A stretch of DNA of 64,000 nt, from positions 96,001-160,000 of the forward strand of contig JASFQK010000005.1 of assembly GCA_050115495.1 (NCBI GenBank), given 5' to 3'. Below are positions 9,684-18,060 of this stretch, piece after piece. Both the position numbers and the translations under genes were made by a program. The stretch comes from Phycisphaerae bacterium. Its GTDB lineage: Bacteria; Planctomycetota; Phycisphaerae; UBA1845; Fen-1342. The notes beneath the pieces were generated by a model that was not told where the DNA came from, searched no databases, and saw nothing but the letters and a program-made list of their open reading frames with translations. Positions within the stretch are counted from its first letter, which is position 1; the number at the start of each line of letters is the position of its first letter.

Positions 9684-9988
9684 AGATCGGTGTCGCCGCC
9701 GCAGACCAGACCCTGGACGCCCAGGTTTCCGAGCGTTTCGGGCGCTGCCCGTGGTTTCTGATCGTTGAGTCCGAGGACATGAGCTGCACGGCGCACCGCA
9801 ATCCCGCCGCCGACATGCCCGGTGGTGCCGGACCGGCGGCGGTGCAGGAGCTAATCCGGCTCGGCGCCCAGGTCGTCCTGGCCGGCGAGTTCGGGCCGAA
9901 GGCCGACCACGCATTGCGAGCGGCGAACATTCGCTTCGAGATCGCCAGCGGTCCGATCCGCGACGCGATCGCCAATCTCAAGCTCTGA
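9680..9988 (+). CDS. NifB/NifX family protein (orange-protein-like)
   Basis: MKIGVAA..VSERFGRCPWFLIV..NPA..GGAG..EFGPKA. Confidence 0.88.
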   Translation: MKIGVAAADQTLDAQVSERFGRCPWFLIVESEDMSCTAHRNPAADMPGGAGPAAVQELIRLGAQVVLAGEFGPKADHALRAANIRFEIASGPIRDAIANLKL

Positions 9989-9998
9989 GGAGTCTGCC

Positions 9999-10856
9999 AT
10001 GCAAGTGGCCATCGCCAGCGGCAAGGGCGGGACCGGCAAGACGACCGTCGCCGCCAACCTGGCCGTGCTCCTCGCCCGGCGCGGGCAGCACGTGCAGCTA
10101 CTCGATGCCGACGTCGAAGAGCCCAACAGCCACCTGCTGCTGCATCCGGAGATCACGCGGCGCGTGCCGGTGACGGTGCAGATTCCCGAGCTCATACCGG
10201 GCCGCTGCACGCGCTGCGGCGCTTGCGCCAGCGTGTGCCAGTACGGCGCGATCATGTGCCCGGACGGCTTCCCCATGATCTTCCGCGAACTGTGCCACTC
10301 CTGCGGCGGCTGTGCCCTGGTCTGCATCGAGCGGGCCATCGAGGAACACCCGCACGAGGTGGGCCAGCTCGAGTTCGGCGACGTAAACGGACTGTCCTTC
10401 GGACTCGGCCGGCTGAATGTCGGCGAGGCCCGAGCGGTGCCGGTGATCGACGCTCTGCGCGACCATGCCGCCACCGACGGGCTGGTGCTCATCGACGCCC
10501 CGCCCGGGGCGAGCTGCCCGGTGATGGCGGCGGTGAAGGGCTGCGACTTCGTCTGCCTGGTCGCCGAGTCGACCCCGTTCGGATTGCATGACCTGGATCT
10601 GACTGTGGCCCTGGCCCGCGAGTTGAAGCTGCCGATCGGCGTGATCGCCAACCGTGTCGGGATGGGCGACGACCGCGTGCAGGATTACTGCCGCGAGCGA
10701 CAGATTCCTATCCTCGGCGAGATTCCGGACGACTGCCGGCTGGCCGCCGCCCACGCCGAGGGCCATCTCGCCCTCGACGCCGTTCCCGACTTGGAGCAGC
10801 CGTTCGCCGTCGTCGCCGAAGCCATCCTGCAACAGGTGTCCCCGTGCGAGAGCTAA
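9999..10856 (+). CDS. MinD/ParA-family P-loop ATPase with inserted 2x[4Fe-4S] ferredoxin
   Basis: SGKGGTGKTT, DADVEEPN, CTRCGACASVC, CHSCGGCALVC, DAPPGASCP, TPFGLHDL. Confidence 0.92.
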   Translation: MQVAIASGKGGTGKTTVAANLAVLLARRGQHVQLLDADVEEPNSHLLLHPEITRRVPVTVQIPELIPGRCTRCGACASVCQYGAIMCPDGFPMIFRELCHSCGGCALVCIERAIEEHPHEVGQLEFGDVNGLSFGLGRLNVGEARAVPVIDALRDHAATDGLVLIDAPPGASCPVMAAVKGCDFVCLVAESTPFGLHDLDLTVALARELKLPIGVIANRVGMGDDRVQDYCRERQIPILGEIPDDCRLAAAHAEGHLALDAVPDLEQPFAVVAEAILQQVSPCES

Positions 10857-11767
10857 CCATCATCAGTGGCAAGGGCGGCACGGGCAAGACGAGCCTGACC
10901 GCTTCGTTCGCGGCTCTCGCCGACGGCGCCATCCTCGTCGATTGCGACGTCGACGCTCCGGATATGCACCTCGTGCTCGAGCCCGACATTCAACGCCGCG
11001 AGTCATTCACCGGCGGAAAGAAAGCCCGGCTCGATCCGGATCGCTGCGGAGCCTGCGGGCGCTGCCTGGAAGTCTGCCGCTTCGATGCCATCACAGCCAA
11101 CGGCGACGGTGAACCACCCACGCTGAGCAGTCTCGCGTGCGAAGGATGCAGCGTGTGCGCCACACTCTGCCCGACGCAGGCCATCGAGATGATCCCGTCG
11201 ATCGCTGGCGAGTGGTTCATCTCGACGACTCGCCGCGGACCGATGGTGCACGCCTGTCTCGGCCCGGCACAAGACAACTCGGGCAAGCTCGTCGCGTTGC
11301 TGCGCCGGGAAGCTCGCACGCTGGCCCGCGCCGAAGGGCGCGAGCTGATCCTCTCCGACGGCCCGCCGGGCATCGGCTGCCCGGTGATTGCCTCGCTCGG
11401 CGGCACGAGTCTCGTGCTGATCGTGATCGAGCCGACCGTCTTCGGCCTGCACGATTTCGAGCGGGCCCTGGAGCTGACCCGCCGGTTCAAGATCCCCACC
11501 GTCGCCTGTCTCAACAAGGCCGACCTGCACCCGGGTCTCGCCGAACGCGTCGCCGCCCGCACCGCCGAACTCGGCGTCGACCTGCTCGGCCGCGTCCCCT
11601 ATGATCCAGCAGTCGTCCGCGCCCAGTTGCAGCGGCGAAGTGTCGTCGAGACTGGCGACGGCCCCGCGGCCACGGCCATCCGTGACCTGTTCGACAAGCT
11701 GCTCGCCCGGCTCGAGGATGCACCGTTGCCGACGGCCGCCAGCAGGTTGCCCATGAGCCAAACGTAG
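10844..11767 (+). CDS. Second MinD-family ATPase with inserted ferredoxin
   Basis: SGKGGTGKTS, DCDVDAPD, CGACGRCLEVC, CEGCSVCATLCP, NSGKLV, DGPPGIGCPVIAS. Confidence 0.92.
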   Translation: MRELTIISGKGGTGKTSLTASFAALADGAILVDCDVDAPDMHLVLEPDIQRRESFTGGKKARLDPDRCGACGRCLEVCRFDAITANGDGEPPTLSSLACEGCSVCATLCPTQAIEMIPSIAGEWFISTTRRGPMVHACLGPAQDNSGKLVALLRREARTLARAEGRELILSDGPPGIGCPVIASLGGTSLVLIVIEPTVFGLHDFERALELTRRFKIPTVACLNKADLHPGLAERVAARTAELGVDLLGRVPYDPAVVRAQLQRRSVVETGDGPAATAIRDLFDKLLARLEDAPLPTAASRLPMSQT

Positions 11768-11796
11768 TATTGAACCCGACCATTCGGAGACTGAGT

Positions 11797-12135
11797 ATGC
11801 GACTCGCCATTCCGTGTCAGGACAGCCAGATTTGCGAACACTTCGGCCACGCCCCGCAGTTCATCTTCTTTGAGGCGGATCCGGCGACGGGCCAGATCAC
11901 GGGCGAAGAAACGATCGACGCACCGCCGCATCAGCCGGGGTTGCTGCCGCGCTGGCTCGCCGAGCAGGGCGCGAACGTCATTCTCGCTGTCGGCATGGGC
12001 GGCCGGGCGCTCGAGCTGTTCGCCCAACACGGTGTGCAGGCGGTCACCGGCGTCGTGACGCGCGACCCGCGTGAGGCAGCCCAGCAGTACCTGGCCGGCA
12101 GCCTCGCCAGCGGAAAAAACGTCTGCGATCACTAG
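11797..12135 (+). CDS. NifB/NifX family protein
   Basis: MRLAIP..CEHFGHAPQF..PPHQPGLLPRWL..GMGGRA..NVCDH. Confidence 0.88.
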   Translation: MRLAIPCQDSQICEHFGHAPQFIFFEADPATGQITGEETIDAPPHQPGLLPRWLAEQGANVILAVGMGGRALELFAQHGVQAVTGVVTRDPREAAQQYLAGSLASGKNVCDH

Positions 12136-12137
12136 CC

Positions 12138-12974
12138 ATGGTCGAGCATCTGCGGATCACCGTTCTGGCCGAGAACACCGTCCGCGGGCGGGACCTGCTC
12201 GCCGAACACGGTCTCGCCCTCTGGGTGGAGGCGGATGATACGCGTCTGCTGTTCGATACCGGGCAGGGACAGGTGCTCGCTGCGAACGCGCGGGCACTTG
12301 GCATCGACCTGACCACCGCCCAACACGTCGTGCTCAGCCACGGGCACTACGACCACACCGGCGGCCTGGCGGCCAGCCTAGAGTTGTTCGCCCGGGCCAA
12401 GATCTACGCCCACTCCGCCGCGTTCCAGACACGCTACGGCTTTCGCGATGCGCACACGCCGACCGCCAACGGCATACCCATGTCCGGCCGGGCCGAGCTC
12501 GCCGGGCACGTCGTGGATGTCATCAGCACGGATGGCCACACACCGATCGCTCCCGGCATCTGGGCGACGGGCGAGGTCCCCCGCCACACCGACTTCGAAG
12601 ACACGGGCGGGCATTTCTACCTCGACACGGCTGCGACCACGCCCGACACGATCCCCGACGATCAGGCCCTGTACATCGAAACGCCGACGGGCCTCGTCGT
12701 GCTGCTCGGCTGCGCGCACGCCGGCCTGGTGAACACGCTCGATCACATCGCCACGCTCACCAAACGCCGCCGAGTCCGTGCCATTCTCGGCGGGACGCAC
12801 CTCGTCCGCGCCGCACCGGAACGGCTCACGAAATCCATCGCCGCCGTCCGCCGGCGGAAAGTGGAATTGATCGCCCCCGGACATTGCACGGGCCTGCCCG
12901 CTGTGGCCGCGTTTCACCGCGCCTTCCCCAGCCGATTCCGCGAGTTGTCGGTCGGTACCGTGCTGAAGCTGTAG
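12138..12974 (+). CDS. MBL-fold metallo-hydrolase (DHPS-like MBL subgroup)
   Basis: AEHGLAL, LFDTGQ, SHGHYDHTGG, GCAHAG, GGTHL, PGHCTG. Confidence 0.9.
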   Translation: MVEHLRITVLAENTVRGRDLLAEHGLALWVEADDTRLLFDTGQGQVLAANARALGIDLTTAQHVVLSHGHYDHTGGLAASLELFARAKIYAHSAAFQTRYGFRDAHTPTANGIPMSGRAELAGHVVDVISTDGHTPIAPGIWATGEVPRHTDFEDTGGHFYLDTAATTPDTIPDDQALYIETPTGLVVLLGCAHAGLVNTLDHIATLTKRRRVRAILGGTHLVRAAPERLTKSIAAVRRRKVELIAPGHCTGLPAVAAFHRAFPSRFRELSVGTVLKL

Positions 12975-12978
12975 CGCG

Positions 12979-13866
12979 TCAGCCAGCCGCGTCGACCATC
13001 GCCCGCAGCGCCGCGATGTGCGCCGGCGTCGTCCCGCAACAGCCGCCGATGACCCGGACGCCGAGCGCGATCAACTCTCGCGCCTTGTCGGCCATGAACT
13101 CCGGCGTCTCGGGATACACGGGCTCGCCGTCGCGAATCTGCGGCAGGCCGGCATTCGCCTGAATGATGAGCGGTAGGTCCGTCGCCGACCGGAACTCGCG
13201 GGCGATCTCCACCATCCGCTCGATCCCGTTGCCGCAGTTCGAGCCGACGAGATCCGCCCCGGCCGCCCGCAGTCCCTCCGCAGCCTTCCCCACGTTCACG
13301 CCCATCACGGTGTAGTACCCCCGCTTCGTCGCGTCGAACGTCATCGTGGCCATGACCGGCGTCGTTGGCGACGCTTCCTTCGCTGCCCGCACGGCGAGCG
13401 TCGCCTCGTTCAGATCGATCATGGTCTCGACGCAAACAACATCCACGCCGGCGGCGACCAGCGCGGCCATCTGCCGCCGATAGCTCGCCGACACCGCCTC
13501 CGGGTCGGCGTCGCCGTACGGCTTCAGGATCTTGCCGCTCGGCCCGCACGAGCCGGAGACGTACGCCCGCTCACCGACGGCCCGGCGGACGGCTTCGACC
13601 GCGTTGCGGTTGATCTCCTCCGCTTGCTCGTCGAGCCCGTACGCACTCAGCTTCAGCGGTGAACCGCCGAACGTGTTCGTCTGCACGACCTCCGCGCCGG
13701 CGGCGAGGTAGGCCGCGGCGATGCGTTCGAGCGTCTGCGGCTGCGACAGGTTGAGCGCCTCCGGGCACTGGCCGGCGGCGACGCCCTCCCGCATGAGCAT
13801 CGTGCCCATCGCCCCATCAGCCACCAACGGCCGCCCACTACGCACTCTTTCCAGAAACGGCGTCAT
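12979..13866 (-). CDS. Homocysteine S-methyltransferase domain protein
   Basis: DGAMGTML, TNTFGG, ETMID, GSNCGNG, ANAGLP, GGCCGTTP (Zn ligands). Confidence 0.92.
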   Translation of the reverse strand: MTPFLERVRSGRPLVADGAMGTMLMREGVAAGQCPEALNLSQPQTLERIAAAYLAAGAEVVQTNTFGGSPLKLSAYGLDEQAEEINRNAVEAVRRAVGERAYVSGSCGPSGKILKPYGDADPEAVSASYRRQMAALVAAGVDVVCVETMIDLNEATLAVRAAKEASPTTPVMATMTFDATKRGYYTVMGVNVGKAAEGLRAAGADLVGSNCGNGIERMVEIAREFRSATDLPLIIQANAGLPQIRDGEPVYPETPEFMADKARELIALGVRVIGGCCGTTPAHIAALRAMVDAAG

Positions 13867-13868
13867 GA

Positions 13869-14507
13869 TCAGTTCTTCCCGACGAGTTGCTTGACACGTT
13901 CGACCGCGTTGGCCGCATCATAGCCGTACGCGCTAGCCCCGATCTCCTCGGCGAACACCGCCGACACCGGCGCCCCGCCGACGATCGTCTTCACGCGGCC
14001 GCCAAGACCCTGCTCCTTCACGAGCGCCACCACGCGGCTCATCGCCGGCATCGTCGTAGTCAGCAGCGCAGACATGCCGATGATACCGGCGTCATGCTCG
14101 CGAGCCGCTTCGACGAAACGCTCCGGCGCGACGTCGTTGCCCAGGTCGATCACCTCGAAGCCCGCCCCGCGCAGCATCGTGCCGACGAGGTTCTTGCCAA
14201 TGTCATGCAGGTCGCCCTGCACCGAGCCCAACACGACCTTGCCCACCGCCGTCACACCAGCTTGTTCCAGCAACGGTCGCAACACATCCATCCCCGCGTA
14301 CATCGCCCGCGCCGCCAGCAGTACATCCGGCAGGAAGATCTCGTGCGCTTTGAACTGCGCCCCGACCACGTCCATGCCGGCGATCAGCCCCTCGTCCAGA
14401 ATACGTTTCGGCGGCAAACCCGCCGCCACGGCCGCTCGCGTCAGCTCCCCCACCTTCTCATCGTCCCCGCCCTGCAGCTCCTTCGCGATCTGGTTCAGCA
14501 CGTCCAC
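13869..14507 (-). CDS. Corrinoid (B12-binding) methyltransferase protein
   Basis: Cap domain GLIAGMDVVG..FLPDVL, GDLHDIGKNLV, SALLTTT, GGAP. GTG start after GAGGAG. Confidence 0.92.
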   Translation of the reverse strand: MDVLNQIAKELQGGDDEKVGELTRAAVAAGLPPKRILDEGLIAGMDVVGAQFKAHEIFLPDVLLAARAMYAGMDVLRPLLEQAGVTAVGKVVLGSVQGDLHDIGKNLVGTMLRGAGFEVIDLGNDVAPERFVEAAREHDAGIIGMSALLTTTMPAMSRVVALVKEQGLGGRVKTIVGGAPVSAVFAEEIGASAYGYDAANAVERVKQLVGKN

Positions 14508-14533
14508 GGCGATCTCCTCGGCGGTTGGCCGAA

Positions 14534-15247
14534 TCACTCCGTCAGCAGCGACCGTATTCTCTCGCGGCAGCCCTGCGTCTTGCAGTACGGGCACGCCGGA
14601 TAGGCCATGTCGATCTGGTGCATGTCGCGGGGGCCGGCGAGGATCGCACCGGACACCGACTTCAGCGGTTCCATCAGGAAGCTGTCGCGCAACGTAATGC
14701 CGATGCGGCTCGGGTTCAGCCGGGCGAACAGGCGTTTCTGCCCGCTGATGTGCCAACCGCAGTAGCCGGGGCTGTAGCGCAGCACGCCGTCACCGGCCAG
14801 CAGCACTCCGCGTTCGGCCAGCGCGTGGCGGAAGCGCTGCTGCAACAATTCGCCCAACCGATCGGCCAGCGCCGACGCCGCCGAATCGAGCATCGCCCCG
14901 ACGGCCAGCTCGCGCGTCCCGAAACAGCGCCCGATCTCCTGGCTAACCTCGGCACCGCACGTCGCCGCGAAGAGGGCCACGTGCGTAATGCGCTCCATCA
15001 TGTCGCCGACGGGCGTGGCGTGCTCGTTGCGCCCCTCGCCGGTGTACAACTCGGCGAACTCAGCCAGCGTGATTTCGGCGACTACTCCCGCCGGCCGGCT
15101 CAACTCCGCCAGCCGGGCCAGCGCCGTGTCGTAGACCGCCGCCACGTCGCCGCGGAGCACCGTTCCCGGCGGAATACCCTGGTTGGCCAGAATCTCGTCG
15201 CGCCCCGGCGACGCTTCCTCTAACGTGAACTGGATAATGTCGTTCAT
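14534..15247 (-). CDS. Stand-alone B12-dependent methionine synthase activation-domain protein
   Basis: ALFAATCG, LDSAAS, RYSPGYCGW, IGITLRDSFLMEPLKSVSG, C-terminal CPYCKTQGC. Confidence 0.85.
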   Translation of the reverse strand: MNDIIQFTLEEASPGRDEILANQGIPPGTVLRGDVAAVYDTALARLAELSRPAGVVAEITLAEFAELYTGEGRNEHATPVGDMMERITHVALFAATCGAEVSQEIGRCFGTRELAVGAMLDSAASALADRLGELLQQRFRHALAERGVLLAGDGVLRYSPGYCGWHISGQKRLFARLNPSRIGITLRDSFLMEPLKSVSGAILAGPRDMHQIDMAYPACPYCKTQGCRERIRSLLTE

Positions 15248-16704
15248 CGCATCTCAGGCGGCAGCTTGTCCATCCCGTAACGCCGCGCTTCCTTCTCCAT
15301 TCGTTCCGTGAGCGCCGCTCGCACCGTGTCCGGCAGCGCCGGCGGCTCGTGCATCTCCAACAATCGTACCACCTCGCGATGGGCCCGCTCGCCGAGCGTC
15401 AGCCCGCCCTCTTCCTGCCAGCGCGAGCGGTTCGCCCGGTCGATCGTCGGCCCGGGCATGAAGTGCTCCTCGCGTAGGTACCGCCGGGTGTGCCGCGAGA
15501 TGAGCAGGTGCTGGTCGCGCAGCAACTCCTCGAAGTGCGGCAACGACGGGAAGTCCTCGCGCGGCTCGATACCGCGGCCGAGGCGCAGGGCCATGCCGCA
15601 GACCTCGTTGTCCAGGACCAGGTTCTCGAGGCTCATGCAGCTCTCGAAGTCCAGCATGCCCGGCCCTGAGACGCTGTTGATTCCGGCGAGCACGGCCAGC
15701 GTCGCCCCCATCGACGCTTCGAGACCGGCCTGGGCATCGAGCAGCTTCGCATCGCTGAGACCGATGTACGCCTGTGTCGGCAGGCCCAGGTACTTGCCGA
15801 TCTCGGCAGAGGCGCAGTCGATCATCATCGTTTCGATCGCGCCCATCGGCGTCGTTTCGTAGCGCACGTCAAAGATCGCCGGCGAGCCGCCGTAAAGCAT
15901 CGGCGCTCCGGGCTGGGCGCACTGGCTGATCACGACGCCACTGAGCGTCTCGGCCGTGTGCTGCACGAGCGAGCCGACCAGCGTCACCGGAGCGACGAAG
16001 CCCGACAGCGGCATCGAGATGAACTCGACGGGGATGAAGGCCCGGGCGCAGTCGACCACGTTCTGGCTGGTCACGTCACTCCACTTCAGCGGGGCCGTCG
16101 GACAGCACGAGAAGATGGTCAGCGGCTTGGCCCGCAGCGCTTCCGCCGAGCCGCGCACGGCGAGTTGCAAGTCGCGCATCACGCTGAACGCGTCGATGGT
16201 GAACGCTCCGGTCACGACCGGCTTCGGGCAGTTCATCAGCCCCAGGTACAGCCGAATGCTGTCGGAGATGCGCTGCGGTACGTCGCTGGGCACGACACAC
16301 GTCGACTGGGCGGCGATGTGCTCGAGCCCGCTGACCAGCCGGGCGAACTGCACGACATCGGTCGTCGTCGCCGCCCGCATGCGTCCGCTGGCGTAGTCGA
16401 GCACGTTGATGGCCGCCGATCCCGGCGTGAAATGGACGTTCTCGCCGCCGAGGTCGTGCGTCTGTTGGCCGAAGACGTCGTACAACGCGATGGATCGCGG
16501 CGCTGTCCGCAGGGCCTGGTCCACGAGCGCGTCGCCCAGCCGCGCCCGGCGTTTCTCGCGGTCGACCTCGGCCCCGTGCTCGGCGAGCAAATCGAGTACG
16601 GCGGAGTTGTGGATTTCGACGCCGAGCCGGGCGAGAACCGTGCGAGCCTCGCCGACGATGCGTTCGCGCAGCTCATCGCTCAGGAACCTGACCGCCGGTC
16701 TCAT
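15244..16704 (-). CDS. Trimethylamine methyltransferase (MttB) superfamily, non-pyrrolysine
   Basis: GVEIH..L..HGA, APVTLVGSLVQHTAETLSG, PGAPMLYGG, GAIET, YIGLSDAKLLDAQAG, GMLDF. No in-frame TAG. Confidence 0.9.
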   Translation of the reverse strand: MRPAVRFLSDELRERIVGEARTVLARLGVEIHNSAVLDLLAEHGAEVDREKRRARLGDALVDQALRTAPRSIALYDVFGQQTHDLGGENVHFTPGSAAINVLDYASGRMRAATTTDVVQFARLVSGLEHIAAQSTCVVPSDVPQRISDSIRLYLGLMNCPKPVVTGAFTIDAFSVMRDLQLAVRGSAEALRAKPLTIFSCCPTAPLKWSDVTSQNVVDCARAFIPVEFISMPLSGFVAPVTLVGSLVQHTAETLSGVVISQCAQPGAPMLYGGSPAIFDVRYETTPMGAIETMMIDCASAEIGKYLGLPTQAYIGLSDAKLLDAQAGLEASMGATLAVLAGINSVSGPGMLDFESCMSLENLVLDNEVCGMALRLGRGIEPREDFPSLPHFEELLRDQHLLISRHTRRYLREEHFMPGPTIDRANRSRWQEEGGLTLGERAHREVVRLLEMHEPPALPDTVRAALTERMEKEARRYGMDKLPPEMR

Positions 16705-16877
16705 GGCCCATCACCTCCACACCCGGCCGCCCGGCCCGTCCCGCCGCCGGCGGCCGTCTCCGGAGATAGTACTCCCCACCCGGCCGATTGCCAGAACCGG
16801 CCACGTCGGCGGCCGGTTATACTGCCGCGACGGCCCGGGCGGACAGCGCCCGGGTCGAGATGAAAGGAGCCTCATCC

Positions 16878-17834
16878 ATGATGCGCTTCACGTGGCCGGT
16901 GCTCGCCGCCGGCGTGCTGCTCGGGTTGAGTTCGCTTGTCGCCACGGGGCAGACGCCTGATACGCCTCCGACCAAACAGCCCAGCGTGTACGACACGACC
17001 GCCAACGCCCGCGTGCAGATCGACGCCGCCCTCGCTCGGGCCAAGCGCGACAACCAGCGCGTGTTGGTCATGTATGGCGGGAACTGGTGCGGCTGGTGCA
17101 TCAAGCTCCACCACCTGCTGACGACCGATAAGACGCTGGCCCGCACGATGCTGTACGAATACCAGTGGGTGCTCGTCGACATCGGGCGGTTCGACAGGAA
17201 CGTCGACATCGCCGCGGGCTACGGCGCTGACCTCAAGAAGAACGGCGTGCCGTTCCTCACGGTGCTCGACGCCGACGGCAAGGTGCTCGCCAACCAGGAA
17301 ACCGGCGCCCTCGAAAAGGGTCCGCAGCACGATCCGGAAAAGGTCGCCGCCTTCCTCAACAAGTGGAAAGCCACACCGCTCGACGCCGGCAAGGTCGTCA
17401 CCGACGCTCTGGCCCGGGCCAAGGCTGACGACAAGCGGATCTTCCTGCACTTCGGCGCGCCGTGGTGCCGGTACTGCCGGCTGCTCGAAGAGTTCCTCGC
17501 TGTTCCCGACGTGGCCCGCCTGCTCGCCGAAGACTACATCGACCTCAAGGTCGACCTGGACCGCATGACCGGGGCCAACGAGATCGTCACCCGATTCCGC
17601 GATCAGTTGGGCGCCGGCATCCCCTGGATCGCCATCCTCGACGCCGAAGGCAAGGTGCTCGTCACGGCGGACGGGCCCGACGGCAACATCGGCTATCCCG
17701 TCACACCCGAGGAGATCAAGCACTTCCTCGATATGCTGAAGCAAACGGCCCGCCGCCTGTCCGCCGACGGCCAGCGCAAGATCGGCGAGATGCTCGAAGC
17801 TGCCGCCCGGAAGCTCCGCCGCCCGGCGCCGTAG
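16878..17834 (+). CDS. Secreted tandem thioredoxin-like protein
   Basis: Signal peptide, then two thioredoxin-like domains with WCGWC and WCRYC. Confidence 0.85.
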   Translation: MMRFTWPVLAAGVLLGLSSLVATGQTPDTPPTKQPSVYDTTANARVQIDAALARAKRDNQRVLVMYGGNWCGWCIKLHHLLTTDKTLARTMLYEYQWVLVDIGRFDRNVDIAAGYGADLKKNGVPFLTVLDADGKVLANQETGALEKGPQHDPEKVAAFLNKWKATPLDAGKVVTDALARAKADDKRIFLHFGAPWCRYCRLLEEFLAVPDVARLLAEDYIDLKVDLDRMTGANEIVTRFRDQLGAGIPWIAILDAEGKVLVTADGPDGNIGYPVTPEEIKHFLDMLKQTARRLSADGQRKIGEMLEAAARKLRRPAP

Positions 17835-17860
17835 CATCCCGGCGGTGTGGCAGCCATTCT

Positions 17861-17886
17861 GTAGCGTCCGGGCTCCGTACCGGACG
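17861..17886 (+). repeat. REP-like palindrome
   Basis: GTAG-CGTCCGG-gctccgta-CCGGACG: GTAG tetramer followed by a 7-bp stem. Confidence 0.6.
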
Positions 17887-17898
17887 TCTTCATGTTGT

Positions 17899-17988
17899 GG
17901 TGTGGCATGCCGAAGCGCAGCGCCGGCATGTGGCCCCTGACGCGAGAGGAAGACATGCCGGCGCCTGAGAGCTTCGGCATGCCACACC
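17899..17988. repeat. Nested inverted repeat (REPIN-like)
   Basis: 18-bp perfect arms GGTGTGGCATGCCGAAGC (17899-17916) / 17971-17988, plus inner 12-bp arms GCGCCGGCATGT (17920-17931) / 17953-17964. Confidence 0.75.
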
Positions 17989-18060
17989 CCGTGTCGGCCG
18001 CCAGCACGCGCCCGACCTCGCGCCTTCTGACTCCCGACTGCTGACTCCCCTCTTCCCCCC

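Noticed and set aside
7523..12135. Nitrogen fixation cluster
   Set aside because: Only NifB/NifX-family domains; no nifHDK or nifEN.
15244..16704. Pyrrolysine readthrough in MttB
   Set aside because: No in-frame TAG; Leu is at the equivalent position.
18025..18048. Short heptamer-like repeats (TCTGACT CCCGACT GCTGACT)
   Set aside because: Only three degenerate units; not an array.
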